Positions 11,330 to 20,515 of a DNA stretch of 38,677 bases are shown here, piece after piece. Every line of letters begins with the position of its first letter. The stretch's first letter is position 1. The position numbers were made by a program, and so were the translations under genes. The notes under the pieces were generated by a model. It was not told where the DNA came from, made no database searches, and worked only from the letters and a program-made list of their open reading frames with translations. The stretch comes from Phenylobacterium sp. GTDB lineage: Bacteria > Pseudomonadota > Alphaproteobacteria > Caulobacterales > Caulobacteraceae. The stretch lies in the NCBI RefSeq assembly GCF_031412415.1, contig NZ_JANOCX010000138.1:1-38677 (forward strand), in the 5' to 3' direction.

Positions 11330-14300
11330 ACCGCGTCGCCGCCTTCTTCCAGGGTCTGGGACGCATCCGCATACCGCGCTGGACCATGGTGGTTCTGGGC
11401 GCGGTGATGCTGGCAATCCTGGTCTGGTTCGTGGGCCCGCTGATCGGCATCGCCAAGTGGACACCCCTGGCCAGCTGGTGGGTCCGGCTGATCGTCATCG
11501 CTCTGATGGCGTTGGGCGTGGGCGGCTACTACGCCCTGCGCGAAGTCCGTCGTGGGCGCGAGAACGCCCGGATGATGGCCGAGCTCGGTCCCAGCACCGA
11601 GACCGCGCCGAGCGACGACTATTCGGCCGAAGACATCAAGGCGATGAACGAGCGCGCCAAGGAAGCGCTGGAAATGATGCGCACGACGCGCATCGGCAAG
11701 AACCGGGAGTTCGTCTACGAACTGCCCTGGTACCTGATCATCGGCCCTCCCGGCGCCGGCAAGACCACGGCCCTCCACAACGCCGGCCTGAAGTTCCCGG
11801 TGTCCCAGGAAGCCGGCGCCTCGCCGCTCAAGGGCATCGGCGGCACGCGGAACTGCGAGTGGTGGTTCACCGATCAGGCCGTGATGATCGACACGGCCGG
11901 CCGCTACACCCTGCAGGACAACCACGCCGTCACCGACGGGAAGGCCTGGCAGGGCTTCCTCGAGATCCTGGCGCGCTACCGGCCTCGCCAGCCGGTGACC
12001 GGGATCATCGTGGCCCTGTCGGTGCAGGATCTGATGGGCGGGGACGAAGCCGACATCGCCGCCCACGGCCGGGCGATCCGCGCCCGCCTGAACGAGGTGG
12101 CGCAGAAGCTGGGCGTCCGCGCGCCGGTCTATGTCGTGGTCACCAAGATGGACCTGCTGGCGGGGTTCAACGAGTTCTTCGACGACGCCGGACAGCCCGA
12201 GCGCGACCAGGTCTGGGGCCACACCTTCGACATCGAAGCCTCCCGCGCCGGAACCACCGGGGCGGAATACGAGACCGGCTTCTCAGGCCTGATCGGACGG
12301 CTGAACGACCGGCTGCTCAGCAGGGTTCAGGGCGAGCGCGACATCCAGCGCCGCGGCCTGATCTTCGGCTTCCCGCAACAGATCGTCGGACTGAAGGGGC
12401 CCCTCGCCTCGGTCCTGCAGATCATCGGGCGTGAGACCAAGTATGAGCCGACGCCGCTCATCCGCGGCGTCTACCTGACCAGCGCCGCGCAGTTCGGCCG
12501 GCCCATCGACCGGTTGATGGGCGCCATCTCCGCCAAGTTCGGCCTGGACGTGGTGGCCCAGGGCGCCGCCGCCGGCGCCGGGCGCAGCTACTTCCTCCGC
12601 GACCTGCTGCATTCGGTCATCTTCCAGGAAGGCGCGCTGACCGACCGCGATCCCAAGACCGAGCGCCGTCGCCGCCTGATGCGCAACGGGGCGATCGTGG
12701 GCGGCGCGGCGGTCCTGGTTCTGATCTCGACGCTTTGGCTGGGAAGCTATCTCCGCACGGCCAGCCTGCTGCGGCAGCTGGAGACCCGCTCCGCCCACCT
12801 GCAAAAGACTGTCGCGGCCCTGCCTTCCGGCGACGTCAGTGACAGCGACATCACCCAGGTCCTGCCCGCGCTGGACGAGGCGCGCGCCCTGCCCTTCGCC
12901 TCCACCGCGCCCAAGGCGCTCCGCCCACCCGCGATCGGCCTTGGGCTTGGCCGCCGCAAGGCGGTCCAGACCCAGGTCGACGCCGCCTACGCCAACCTCC
13001 TCAACCAGCAGATGCTGCCCCGCCTCATCCTCACGCTGGAGGACGATCTGCGCTCGTCGCTGCAGGGCGGAACGACGCCGGGCGTCGACAATCGGCCGGC
13101 GATCTACAACCTGCTGCGGACCTACCTGATGCTGGGTCGCGCGCCGGGCGCGCCCCTGGAGAAATCGCAGATCTCAACCTGGTTCGCCGGCGAATGGGCC
13201 AACCGCTACGCCAGCGCCGAGGACGATCCGACCCGCGCGGCCCTCGAGCGCCATCTCGACGCCCTGCTGGCCAGCCGCATGACCTCGCCGGCCCTGGACC
13301 GCGACCTGATCGCTCAGGCGCGGGAGCGGGTGCGTAGCCTGGGCGCCGGGGAACGGGCCTACGCCCGGATGCTGTCGGACCCGAGCCTGGAGGACCTGAC
13401 GCCGTTCAACATCGTCGACATTCCCTCGGTGGGGACCTCAGGCCTCTTCGCCCGCCGGTCGGGCAAGTCTCTGACCCTGGGCGTTCCCGGCCTCTACCGC
13501 CGGCAGTATTTCTACTCGACGATCATGCCGGCCATCGCCAAGGCCGCGAGCCTCTCGGTGAACGAGAGCTGGGTGACCAACGAGAAGCCGACGCCGGGAC
13601 CAAGACTGCCCGACGCCGGCGCGATCGGCCGGACCAAGGACGAGATCCTTGTCGCCTATCTGAAGGACTTCACGCGCCACTGGGACGACTTCATCGCCGA
13701 CATCACGATCAGCGGCGAGCATAGCGCCGGCGAGCGGATTCAGGTCGCCACCCGGCCACCTTCCCCCGTGAAGCTGTTGATCAACGCCCTGGCCGCGGAG
13801 ACCAACCTGACCCCGCCAAGACTGACGGGCAAGGGTAGCGGTAGCGGCGGAGCGGCGGCGGCGGCCGTGCGGGTTGGGGCGATCTTCTCGTCCCGCATCT
13901 ATCGCGGCATGTCCCAGGCCAACGCCGTGGGCTACGCGGTGAACAACGGCCAGGGCCGGGCCGGGCCGCCTGGCCCATTGGACGAGGTGATCGCGCACTT
14001 CAAATGGCTGCAGGACATGAACCCCGCCCAGGGTCCCTCGCCATTGGATCCTGCCCTGGCGGCCCTGGCAGGGGTCGGCGACTCGGCCATAGCGGCCCAG
14101 GCGGCGGCGGGCCTTGGAGATCCCCTCCTCCAACGCACCAAGACCAGTTCGGCAATGGAGGCCACCGCGCGCCTCGACCAGACGGCCGCCACCCTGCCGC
14201 CCATGGTGCAGGGCATGTTCACCGGCTTTGTCCGGACCTCCTCGGCCCAACTCAACAAGAGCGTCAAGCAGTCGATCCAGGGCGGATACGCCGCGGAGCT

Positions 14301-14955
14301 CCTGCCCCAGTGCCAGTCGATCGTGCGGCAAGGCTTCCCGTTCTCCGACTCCGACCACCAGGCGACCATCGACGATCTCAGTCGGTTGCTGCGTCCCAGC
14401 GGACTGATGGATCAGTTCGTGCAGGACAACCTGGCGGGCATGGTCGAGATGACCTCCGGCGGCTGGTCGATCACGCCGGCGGGGCGTGTCCTGGGGCTGC
14501 AGCCGGCCTCGATCCGTGAGTTCGAGCGCGCCGACCGCATCCGCAAGCGGATGTTCATGCCGGGCGACGTGCGGCCCAACGTGCGGTTCCTGCTGGAGCC
14601 CGTGCAGATCGGGGGCGAGGCGAGCGGCGTGGCGATCTCCGTCGACGGGGTTCCAGCCTCCTTCGACAGCGTCAATCGCCGGCCCGTTGAGATGAAGTGG
14701 CCCGGCCCGACACCCGGGGTCACCCTGACCTTCCAGAAGCGAAATGGCGCGCCGGCCACGCGAACGTGGAGCGGCGACTTCGCCCTCTTCCGGATGGTGC
14801 GGACCAGCCGGGTGATCGCTTCGTCCAACAAGAGCCTGACCTTCGAGGTGTCCGAGGGCGGCGCCCAGGCCAGATTCACGATGCGGTTCCTGAACACCTC
14901 CAACCCGTTCAATCTGAGCGACCTCCGCAGCTTCTCATGCCCGGGGCGCCTCTGA
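11326..14955 (+). CDS. tssM: T6SS membrane protein TssM/IcmF
   Basis: Two N-terminal TMs; YELPWYLIIGPPGAGKTT; GGTRNCEWWF; IDTAGRY; third TM; 1209 aa. Confidence 0.97.
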   Translation: MNRVAAFFQGLGRIRIPRWTMVVLGAVMLAILVWFVGPLIGIAKWTPLASWWVRLIVIALMALGVGGYYALREVRRGRENARMMAELGPSTETAPSDDYSAEDIKAMNERAKEALEMMRTTRIGKNREFVYELPWYLIIGPPGAGKTTALHNAGLKFPVSQEAGASPLKGIGGTRNCEWWFTDQAVMIDTAGRYTLQDNHAVTDGKAWQGFLEILARYRPRQPVTGIIVALSVQDLMGGDEADIAAHGRAIRARLNEVAQKLGVRAPVYVVVTKMDLLAGFNEFFDDAGQPERDQVWGHTFDIEASRAGTTGAEYETGFSGLIGRLNDRLLSRVQGERDIQRRGLIFGFPQQIVGLKGPLASVLQIIGRETKYEPTPLIRGVYLTSAAQFGRPIDRLMGAISAKFGLDVVAQGAAAGAGRSYFLRDLLHSVIFQEGALTDRDPKTERRRRLMRNGAIVGGAAVLVLISTLWLGSYLRTASLLRQLETRSAHLQKTVAALPSGDVSDSDITQVLPALDEARALPFASTAPKALRPPAIGLGLGRRKAVQTQVDAAYANLLNQQMLPRLILTLEDDLRSSLQGGTTPGVDNRPAIYNLLRTYLMLGRAPGAPLEKSQISTWFAGEWANRYASAEDDPTRAALERHLDALLASRMTSPALDRDLIAQARERVRSLGAGERAYARMLSDPSLEDLTPFNIVDIPSVGTSGLFARRSGKSLTLGVPGLYRRQYFYSTIMPAIAKAASLSVNESWVTNEKPTPGPRLPDAGAIGRTKDEILVAYLKDFTRHWDDFIADITISGEHSAGERIQVATRPPSPVKLLINALAAETNLTPPRLTGKGSGSGGAAAAAVRVGAIFSSRIYRGMSQANAVGYAVNNGQGRAGPPGPLDEVIAHFKWLQDMNPAQGPSPLDPALAALAGVGDSAIAAQAAAGLGDPLLQRTKTSSAMEATARLDQTAATLPPMVQGMFTGFVRTSSAQLNKSVKQSIQGGYAAELLPQCQSIVRQGFPFSDSDHQATIDDLSRLLRPSGLMDQFVQDNLAGMVEMTSGGWSITPAGRVLGLQPASIREFERADRIRKRMFMPGDVRPNVRFLLEPVQIGGEASGVAISVDGVPASFDSVNRRPVEMKWPGPTPGVTLTFQKRNGAPATRTWSGDFALFRMVRTSRVIASSNKSLTFEVSEGGAQARFTMRFLNTSNPFNLSDLRSFSCPGRL

Positions 14956-15590
14956 TGATCGGACCTGGCTTCAATACGGGCGCGTTCGGCAAGCTTCCCT
15001 GCGCGGGCGATTTCGTCCGGCGCAGGCTGCGGGCCGACACCATCACCGAGCTCGATCTTTGGCTTCAGGTTCGTCTCGCCGACGATCCTGGGGGCGAACC
15101 GCCGGACGCGGCGACGCCATGCCGCTTCGCCGCGGCGCCTGGGGTCTTCGGAGTGATGGCGGTCATGGGCTTGATCTGGCCCAGTCGAGACAGCGTGGGG
15201 CGAAGCTTCCCCTTCGTGATCGCCGTCGAGGCCGGGCCGCGCACGGCGCACGTCTACGACCTGGACCTCGACTGGTTCGACCTCGCCGAAGTCGCCTTGC
15301 GGCGAAGCATCGACTTCGCGAGCCTGGACGACCTGGACCGCGCGCTGTCCGATCTGCAGGCCTCCGTGGGACTGGGCGCAATCAACCAGCGCATTGAATT
15401 CCCTGCGCCGGCCTCCCTATGGTGGGCGCCGACAGACATCCATGACGCGCTGGCCTTGGCGGGGCAGCCTGACGCCGAGGCCTTCGCCGCGCTCACCTCA
15501 TCCTGGCGAGAGCCACCGGAAGCCGACCCGGTGACAACCCCCACGCCGACCACACCCTTAGAAGCCGGTTCGAAAGGCGCGCCAATATGA
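14955..15590 (+). CDS. tagF: T6SS negative regulator TagF
   Basis: FGKLP..GDFV and PSRDSVGRSFP; start placed at ATG 14955 overlapping tssM stop (track start 14697 lies inside tssM). Confidence 0.9.
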   Translation: MIGPGFNTGAFGKLPCAGDFVRRRLRADTITELDLWLQVRLADDPGGEPPDAATPCRFAAAPGVFGVMAVMGLIWPSRDSVGRSFPFVIAVEAGPRTAHVYDLDLDWFDLAEVALRRSIDFASLDDLDRALSDLQASVGLGAINQRIEFPAPASLWWAPTDIHDALALAGQPDAEAFAALTSSWREPPEADPVTTPTPTTPLEAGSKGAPI

Positions 15591-16381
15591 GCCCCGGTTC
15601 CATAAGCTTCGAATCCGCCGCCAGGACCCATGTGGGGCTGGTCAGGCAGTTCAACGAGGACAACTTCGTAGACCGACCCCTCGTGGGCCTGTGGGCCGTC
15701 GCCGACGGCATGGGCGGTCACTCCGCGGGGGATGTGGCCAGCGGCCTGATCGCCGAGGCCCTGAACGGCGTCGACACCATGACCACCGGCTTCGCCTTCC
15801 TGGACGAGGTCCGTGAGAACATCATGCGGGTCAACCGGACCCTGGTGGCGAAGGCTTCCTTGCTGCCTGCCGGCACCGTGATCGGCTCGACCGTGGTGAT
15901 CGTGCTGGCCTATGGCGGGCACTACGCCTGCCTGTGGGCCGGCGACAGCCGCGCCTATCTCCTGCGCGGAGGTGAGTTTCGTCGGATCTCGCGCGACCAC
16001 AGCATGGTCCAAGAGCTGATCGACACCGGCAACCTGAGCCAGGCTGAAGCCCGCGGACACCGGCGCTCCAATGTCATCACCCGGGCGGTCGGCGTGCATC
16101 CCGAGCTCTTGGTGGACATGAGCGAGGGCGTCATCGAGCCAGGCGACATCTTCCTGCTTTGCTCCGACGGCCTGACCGGCATGTTGGAGGATGACGAGAT
16201 CGCCGGCATGCTGACCGGCCCGTCCCTGGACGACGTCGCCGAAAACCTGATCGCCCAAACGCTCGAGCGCGGCGCCAGAGACAATGTCACCGTGATCCTG
16301 GTTCGCGCCGCCGCCAGTCCAGACGATACGGTGGATGGCCAGGCGGCGCCGACGACGGCGACCGGCCACTGGGGTCCCTAG
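15587..16381 (+). CDS. pppA: PP2C/PPM Ser/Thr phosphatase PppA
   Basis: R..NED; VADGMGGH; GDSRAY; LLCSDGL; DNVT. Confidence 0.94.
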   Translation: MSPGSISFESAARTHVGLVRQFNEDNFVDRPLVGLWAVADGMGGHSAGDVASGLIAEALNGVDTMTTGFAFLDEVRENIMRVNRTLVAKASLLPAGTVIGSTVVIVLAYGGHYACLWAGDSRAYLLRGGEFRRISRDHSMVQELIDTGNLSQAEARGHRRSNVITRAVGVHPELLVDMSEGVIEPGDIFLLCSDGLTGMLEDDEIAGMLTGPSLDDVAENLIAQTLERGARDNVTVILVRAAASPDDTVDGQAAPTTATGHWGP

Positions 16382-17454
16382 GCGGCCGCGGCGCGCTCTC
16401 GCGGACGCCATCGCGCATCAAGGATGGCGTCCTCGCGATCCCGTTCCGGCGGACGCGACACGACCCACGTGGTCTGTCCCAGCATGGCCGGGTTGTCGCG
16501 GTCGCCGAGCCGGATGTTCGGTACGTCCTCCTTGCGCAGGACCAGCTGAAGGTCGAACTCGACCGCCGGTCCGACCGAGAGGCGCACGAGGTCCACCAGG
16601 GCGCGCCGATAGGGGCCGCGGTCCAGGAAGCGGCGGAAGGTCGCCAGGTCCAGGGGACCGATCCGGATGCGGAACCGGCTCTGAACGTCCCAGACCTGAG
16701 ACCCCAGCACGGCGGTCTGGCCCAACACTGCGTACGTCTTGGCCCCTGAGGCGCCGCTCAGTTGGGTCTGTTCGGCGGGGTCAATGGCGATCCATCGCCC
16801 CTGCAGCTCCACCACCGTCATCGGCAGATCATACAGCGCGCTCAGCGTGCGGCGCAGGCCGTCGGCCGACCGGACTCGCCGCGACATGGGACCGGCGACA
16901 CTGAGCAGTTCGCCGCCATCCAGCGAGAGCCGGGCGCGCGACGAGTCCAGGCCAAGGCCGATCATCGACGCCAGGGCGCGGCTGAACGGATCGTCCAGCG
17001 GCCGGGCGGCCTCCTCGTAGCGGATCGGCAGCCGGTACTTGGCCCAGGCCCGATAGAACAGGCCGATGGTCCGATGATTGAACAGATCGAGGAAGTCGCT
17101 CGCCGCGGGGCTACGCGCCTGGCGCTGGGCGACCAGCAACTCGCTGTAGTAGTCCGGCAGAACCCCCATGGGCCCGGTGAGCCCCAGGAACGACACGGTG
17201 AGTTCGGGAACACCGTCCTCTGGCCGGGTGTGAGCCGCCACGATCTCGTTGGCAGGATGGCGCATCCCGACGGCCGCGCGGAAACGGACAGGATCGTCCC
17301 GGGGCCGAAGCGCCAGGCCACCCTTCGGCCGCCCGCCGCCGCGGCGGGCCAGCCGATGGAAGAGACGCACGATCTGAAAGAAGCTCGAAGACGACGCCGT
17401 CGTCTGCAGCCGCTCGATCAGATCAGCCGCCGCGTGCCGGTTCTCGCGTGCCAC
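16378..17454 (-). CDS. tssG: T6SS baseplate protein TssG
   Basis: FFQIVRL; FLGLTGPMGVLP; FLDLFNHR..LFYRAW.KYR; FRIRIGPL; GTG start at 17454 overlaps tssF end by 37 nt. Confidence 0.93.
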   Translation of the reverse strand: MARENRHAAADLIERLQTTASSSSFFQIVRLFHRLARRGGGRPKGGLALRPRDDPVRFRAAVGMRHPANEIVAAHTRPEDGVPELTVSFLGLTGPMGVLPDYYSELLVAQRQARSPAASDFLDLFNHRTIGLFYRAWAKYRLPIRYEEAARPLDDPFSRALASMIGLGLDSSRARLSLDGGELLSVAGPMSRRVRSADGLRRTLSALYDLPMTVVELQGRWIAIDPAEQTQLSGASGAKTYAVLGQTAVLGSQVWDVQSRFRIRIGPLDLATFRRFLDRGPYRRALVDLVRLSVGPAVEFDLQLVLRKEDVPNIRLGDRDNPAMLGQTTWVVSRPPERDREDAILDARWRPRERAAAA

Positions 17455-19238
17455 GCCTGCCAGATTCCTTTCTCGCCCTTGAGCCTCAGCCGCACCCGGG
17501 TGAAGGCGTTGATCGCCGCCAGTCCGGAGAAGGCGGCCTCCAGCACAGCGCCCAGCATGAATGTCCCCGTGCCCGACAGGCGCCGATCGTCGAATTCCAG
17601 GGTGATGTCGGTGCCGCTCGTGAAGGCGATCCGCCCGCCGCCCGGGGCGCGGGCGACGCTCGGGGCGGTGGACACGTCCGTCAGGCGCTCGATGACCGCC
17701 CGGCTTCCGGAGGCGTCGGCGTGGTCGTAGAGCGCCAGCATCTCCTTCACTAGGTCGGTGGCCAGTCCGTCGTCGGCGACGGAGAGGTGGTTCAAGGAGA
17801 GGTGCGAGATCAGACGCCACAGGTTGGCGTGGCCGCGACGGGTGCGCAGGGCGCGGCTGGGCGCGATCAGGCAGGCGCATCCGGCGGCGCCGACCTCATG
17901 GTTCAATCTCAACCGCGGCCGACCGGCGCCGAATGGCAGTTGCTCGGGCAGGTTCCGGTTCGTGGCGGTGACGTCGATGGAGGCCACCAGATCGCGGTCG
18001 CCCGCGGCCTGTCCCTCCTCGTCGACCACGGAAAGGAAGACGTCATCTCCACCGCCCTCGTAGGTGCTGGCGCGCCGCGTCGTGTGCCAGAACCGATTGA
18101 CCGCCTCGCGCGCGACCTGCCGACGACCGAAGGAGAAGAATGGGCTGAAGGGCATCTCCGCCCCGTTGCGGTCGGAGACCACAACCTTGTCGACCGAGTA
18201 GACCTCCATGCTGGTCTCGCGCCGCGCGTCGGGCACCACGCGATACTCGAACCGGCCTGGGTCGAGGCGGATCGGGTCGGCCTTGGCCGGGAACAGGTTG
18301 ATGATTGGCGTGCAGAACAGCCGGAAGTCGGATTTGCTGATCAGCCCTTCCAGCGCCGGGTCATAGCGGTCGATGTAGAGGAAAATCTCCATCGTCCGGC
18401 CAGCCTTGAGCAGAGTCTTGGCTGACAGTCCCTCGATGTCGAAGAACAGGAACTTCTCCGGGAACGCGAAGTACTCGCTGAGCAGAGCGTAGCCTGGCTC
18501 CGACCCGGCGCCGAGCGGCAAGAGGACCTCATCTCGGGTGAGGCCCACAGGCTTGATCGCCGAAGGATCGAGGATGATCGGGGCGTCGTCGGCGGCCGAG
18601 TCCGCCAGGGCGATCGAGACGACGCCGCCGGTGACCAGCTCGTACAGGATCTGCGAGGTTCGGGACTCGCTGTGGATATGGAACCGCAGGCGATCGAGGC
18701 CGAGGTCGGAGAAGGTCTTGTCCGACGCCGTGCAGGTTAGGCTGAAACGCAACGCGCAGAGCGCCGCGCCGGCCTTCCGGTTGGTCGGCGCCACCAGCGG
18801 CAGTCCCGACAGCGAAACCTGGGTCAGCTCGACCGGCCACAGCTCGACGTCATAGCCCGTACGGTATTCGCAGGTCTCTTCGTCCACCGGCTCCGTGGTG
18901 ATCTGGGCGCCCGCCGCAATGGTGGTCTGCCCCACCGTCGTGGCGTGCGGCGAGAACTCGGCGACGCACATCGAGGGGATCGGCGAGAGATAGTGCGGAT
19001 AGAGCAGCCCCAGCAGCGATTGGGTCAGCTCGGGGAACTCGTCGTCCAGCTTCATCCTCAGCCGCGCGTTGAGGAAGGCGAAGGCCTCGATCATCCGCGA
19101 GACGTGGGGGTCCTCGACGGCGTCCTGCGACACGCGCAGGCGGCCGGCGATCTTCGGATTGGCGGCGGCGAAGTCCTTCGCCATCTCGCGCATGAACCGG
19201 AGTTCGCTGTTGTAGTAGGGGAGCAGGTCGTCGAACAC
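17418..19238 (-). CDS. tssF: T6SS baseplate protein TssF
   Basis: LLPYYNSEL; DPHVSRMIEAFAFL; EYFAFPEKFLF; CTPIINLF; WRLISHLSLNHLS; GTG start at 19238. Confidence 0.96.
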   Translation of the reverse strand: MFDDLLPYYNSELRFMREMAKDFAAANPKIAGRLRVSQDAVEDPHVSRMIEAFAFLNARLRMKLDDEFPELTQSLLGLLYPHYLSPIPSMCVAEFSPHATTVGQTTIAAGAQITTEPVDEETCEYRTGYDVELWPVELTQVSLSGLPLVAPTNRKAGAALCALRFSLTCTASDKTFSDLGLDRLRFHIHSESRTSQILYELVTGGVVSIALADSAADDAPIILDPSAIKPVGLTRDEVLLPLGAGSEPGYALLSEYFAFPEKFLFFDIEGLSAKTLLKAGRTMEIFLYIDRYDPALEGLISKSDFRLFCTPIINLFPAKADPIRLDPGRFEYRVVPDARRETSMEVYSVDKVVVSDRNGAEMPFSPFFSFGRRQVAREAVNRFWHTTRRASTYEGGGDDVFLSVVDEEGQAAGDRDLVASIDVTATNRNLPEQLPFGAGRPRLRLNHEVGAAGCACLIAPSRALRTRRGHANLWRLISHLSLNHLSVADDGLATDLVKEMLALYDHADASGSRAVIERLTDVSTAPSVARAPGGGRIAFTSGTDITLEFDDRRLSGTGTFMLGAVLEAAFSGLAAINAFTRVRLRLKGEKGIWQAWHARTGTRRLI

Positions 19239-19242
19239 GGCC

Positions 19243-19707
19243 CTAGTCCCGCACGACGACGCAGCGAACCGGATCGACGTGGCTGTCGAAACTGATCTGC
19301 TGGCGATCGCCCCCCAGGTCCACGAAGCCGATGATCCGGAAACGGAGGATGCGATCGATCGCATCCTTGTTCTCGATGATCGACACCTCGAAATTGGTGA
19401 TGCGGGGTTCCAGCCGCTGGATCAGGCCCTGGACCTCGGCGACGAACGCGCTCCGAAAGGCTTCTGACTTGATGGCGCCGTTGGTGAAGTCGGAGAGGCC
19501 ATAGCTCAGCAGCGAGCGGTCCAGCTCGTCCAGGTCGTCGGACCAGGAGAGGAACCGGCGCCGCGTGTTCAGGATCCCCTCCAGATCCCGGCGCAGGCCG
19601 TCGCGCAAGGCGCTGATCGAGATCGTATCCGTGCGCTTTTCGGACGGATCGTCCAGCAGGCGATCCAGCAGCGATCCCTGGCTGGCGGTTCGGGCGGGCG
19701 TGCTCAT
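19243..19707 (-). CDS. tssE: T6SS baseplate protein TssE (gp25-like)
   Basis: SLLDRL; RRDLEGILNTR; SLLSYGL.D; EPRI; ATG 19707 overlaps tagJ stop. Confidence 0.93.
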   Translation of the reverse strand: MSTPARTASQGSLLDRLLDDPSEKRTDTISISALRDGLRRDLEGILNTRRRFLSWSDDLDELDRSLLSYGLSDFTNGAIKSEAFRSAFVAEVQGLIQRLEPRITNFEVSIIENKDAIDRILRFRIIGFVDLGGDRQQISFDSHVDPVRCVVVRD

Positions 19708-20501
19708 GAGGTCTCGGTCCCTTCCAACGAGAGGTCCGAGAACTCGGCCAGGGAGACCACATCGTCGCCGACCAGCAGGCAACGCAGGCCGACGCCGCGC
19801 ACGACGCCGCGCTCGTCGATCCAGTCGGTCTGGCGCCCCAGGCGGTGCGCGGCCGACTTGTCGGCCTCCGGCGCGACGTAGGTGGTGGGGATATAGACGA
19901 CGCCGTCGGGACCATCGACCACGTCCAGCTCGGCGGGCCGCCAGATCAGATCGCGCAGGTGTTCGGGCGCCTTGAGCTCAAGAGATCGGACGCTGGCCCA
20001 TGGGATCCAGAAGTACTTGCCTGTGCTGGTCAGCACCTCCAGGACACCGGCCGTACGGTCGTCCAGGTCGCGCACGCCCACGAACGGCCGACCGTCGATC
20101 GTGCCCACCAGCGGCGTGGCGGCGAGGTCGGCGGCCTCGCGCACAGCGGCGGGATCACCCTCCGTCCGCAGCTCCAGCAGGACCTTCAGCGCCGCTTCTA
20201 CCTCTGCGGTGGCGTCGCCGATCAGGTCGGGCGTGCGCCCCTCGGCGAACACCTCTCGCCGCGCCAGCTCGCCCCGGATGAGCTGGCGGATGAGCGCCAC
20301 GCGCAGTCCGTAGGCCAGGTCCTGCGTGGCGATCAGGTCGAACTGATTGTCGGCTCGTTCCCACTCGCCCAGGACCAACAGCAGCTCGGCCAGTTCGAAC
20401 CGGTGACCCACATGGCTGGGCTTGGCCTTGACCCGATCCTGCAGCATGGCGCGCGCCGCGCCCAGGTCGTCGGAATTCAGAAACTCGATCGCCGCTGACA
20501 T
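19704..20501 (-). CDS. tagJ: T6SS accessory protein TagJ/ImpE
   Basis: LLLVLGEWERA; R.EVFAEGRTP; DLDDR; YFWIPW; LRDLIWRPA; LGRQTDW. Confidence 0.92.
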   Translation of the reverse strand: MSAAIEFLNSDDLGAARAMLQDRVKAKPSHVGHRFELAELLLVLGEWERADNQFDLIATQDLAYGLRVALIRQLIRGELARREVFAEGRTPDLIGDATAEVEAALKVLLELRTEGDPAAVREAADLAATPLVGTIDGRPFVGVRDLDDRTAGVLEVLTSTGKYFWIPWASVRSLELKAPEHLRDLIWRPAELDVVDGPDGVVYIPTTYVAPEADKSAAHRLGRQTDWIDERGVVRGVGLRCLLVGDDVVSLAEFSDLSLEGTETS

Positions 20502-20515
20502 CTAGGCTTCCCCTG

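Noticed and set aside
17455-17880. Long N-terminal extension of tssG in the ORF track (likewise tssF, tssE, tagF, PAAR)
   Set aside because: Overlaps neighbouring genes; family-typical N-termini begin at the downstream starts I used
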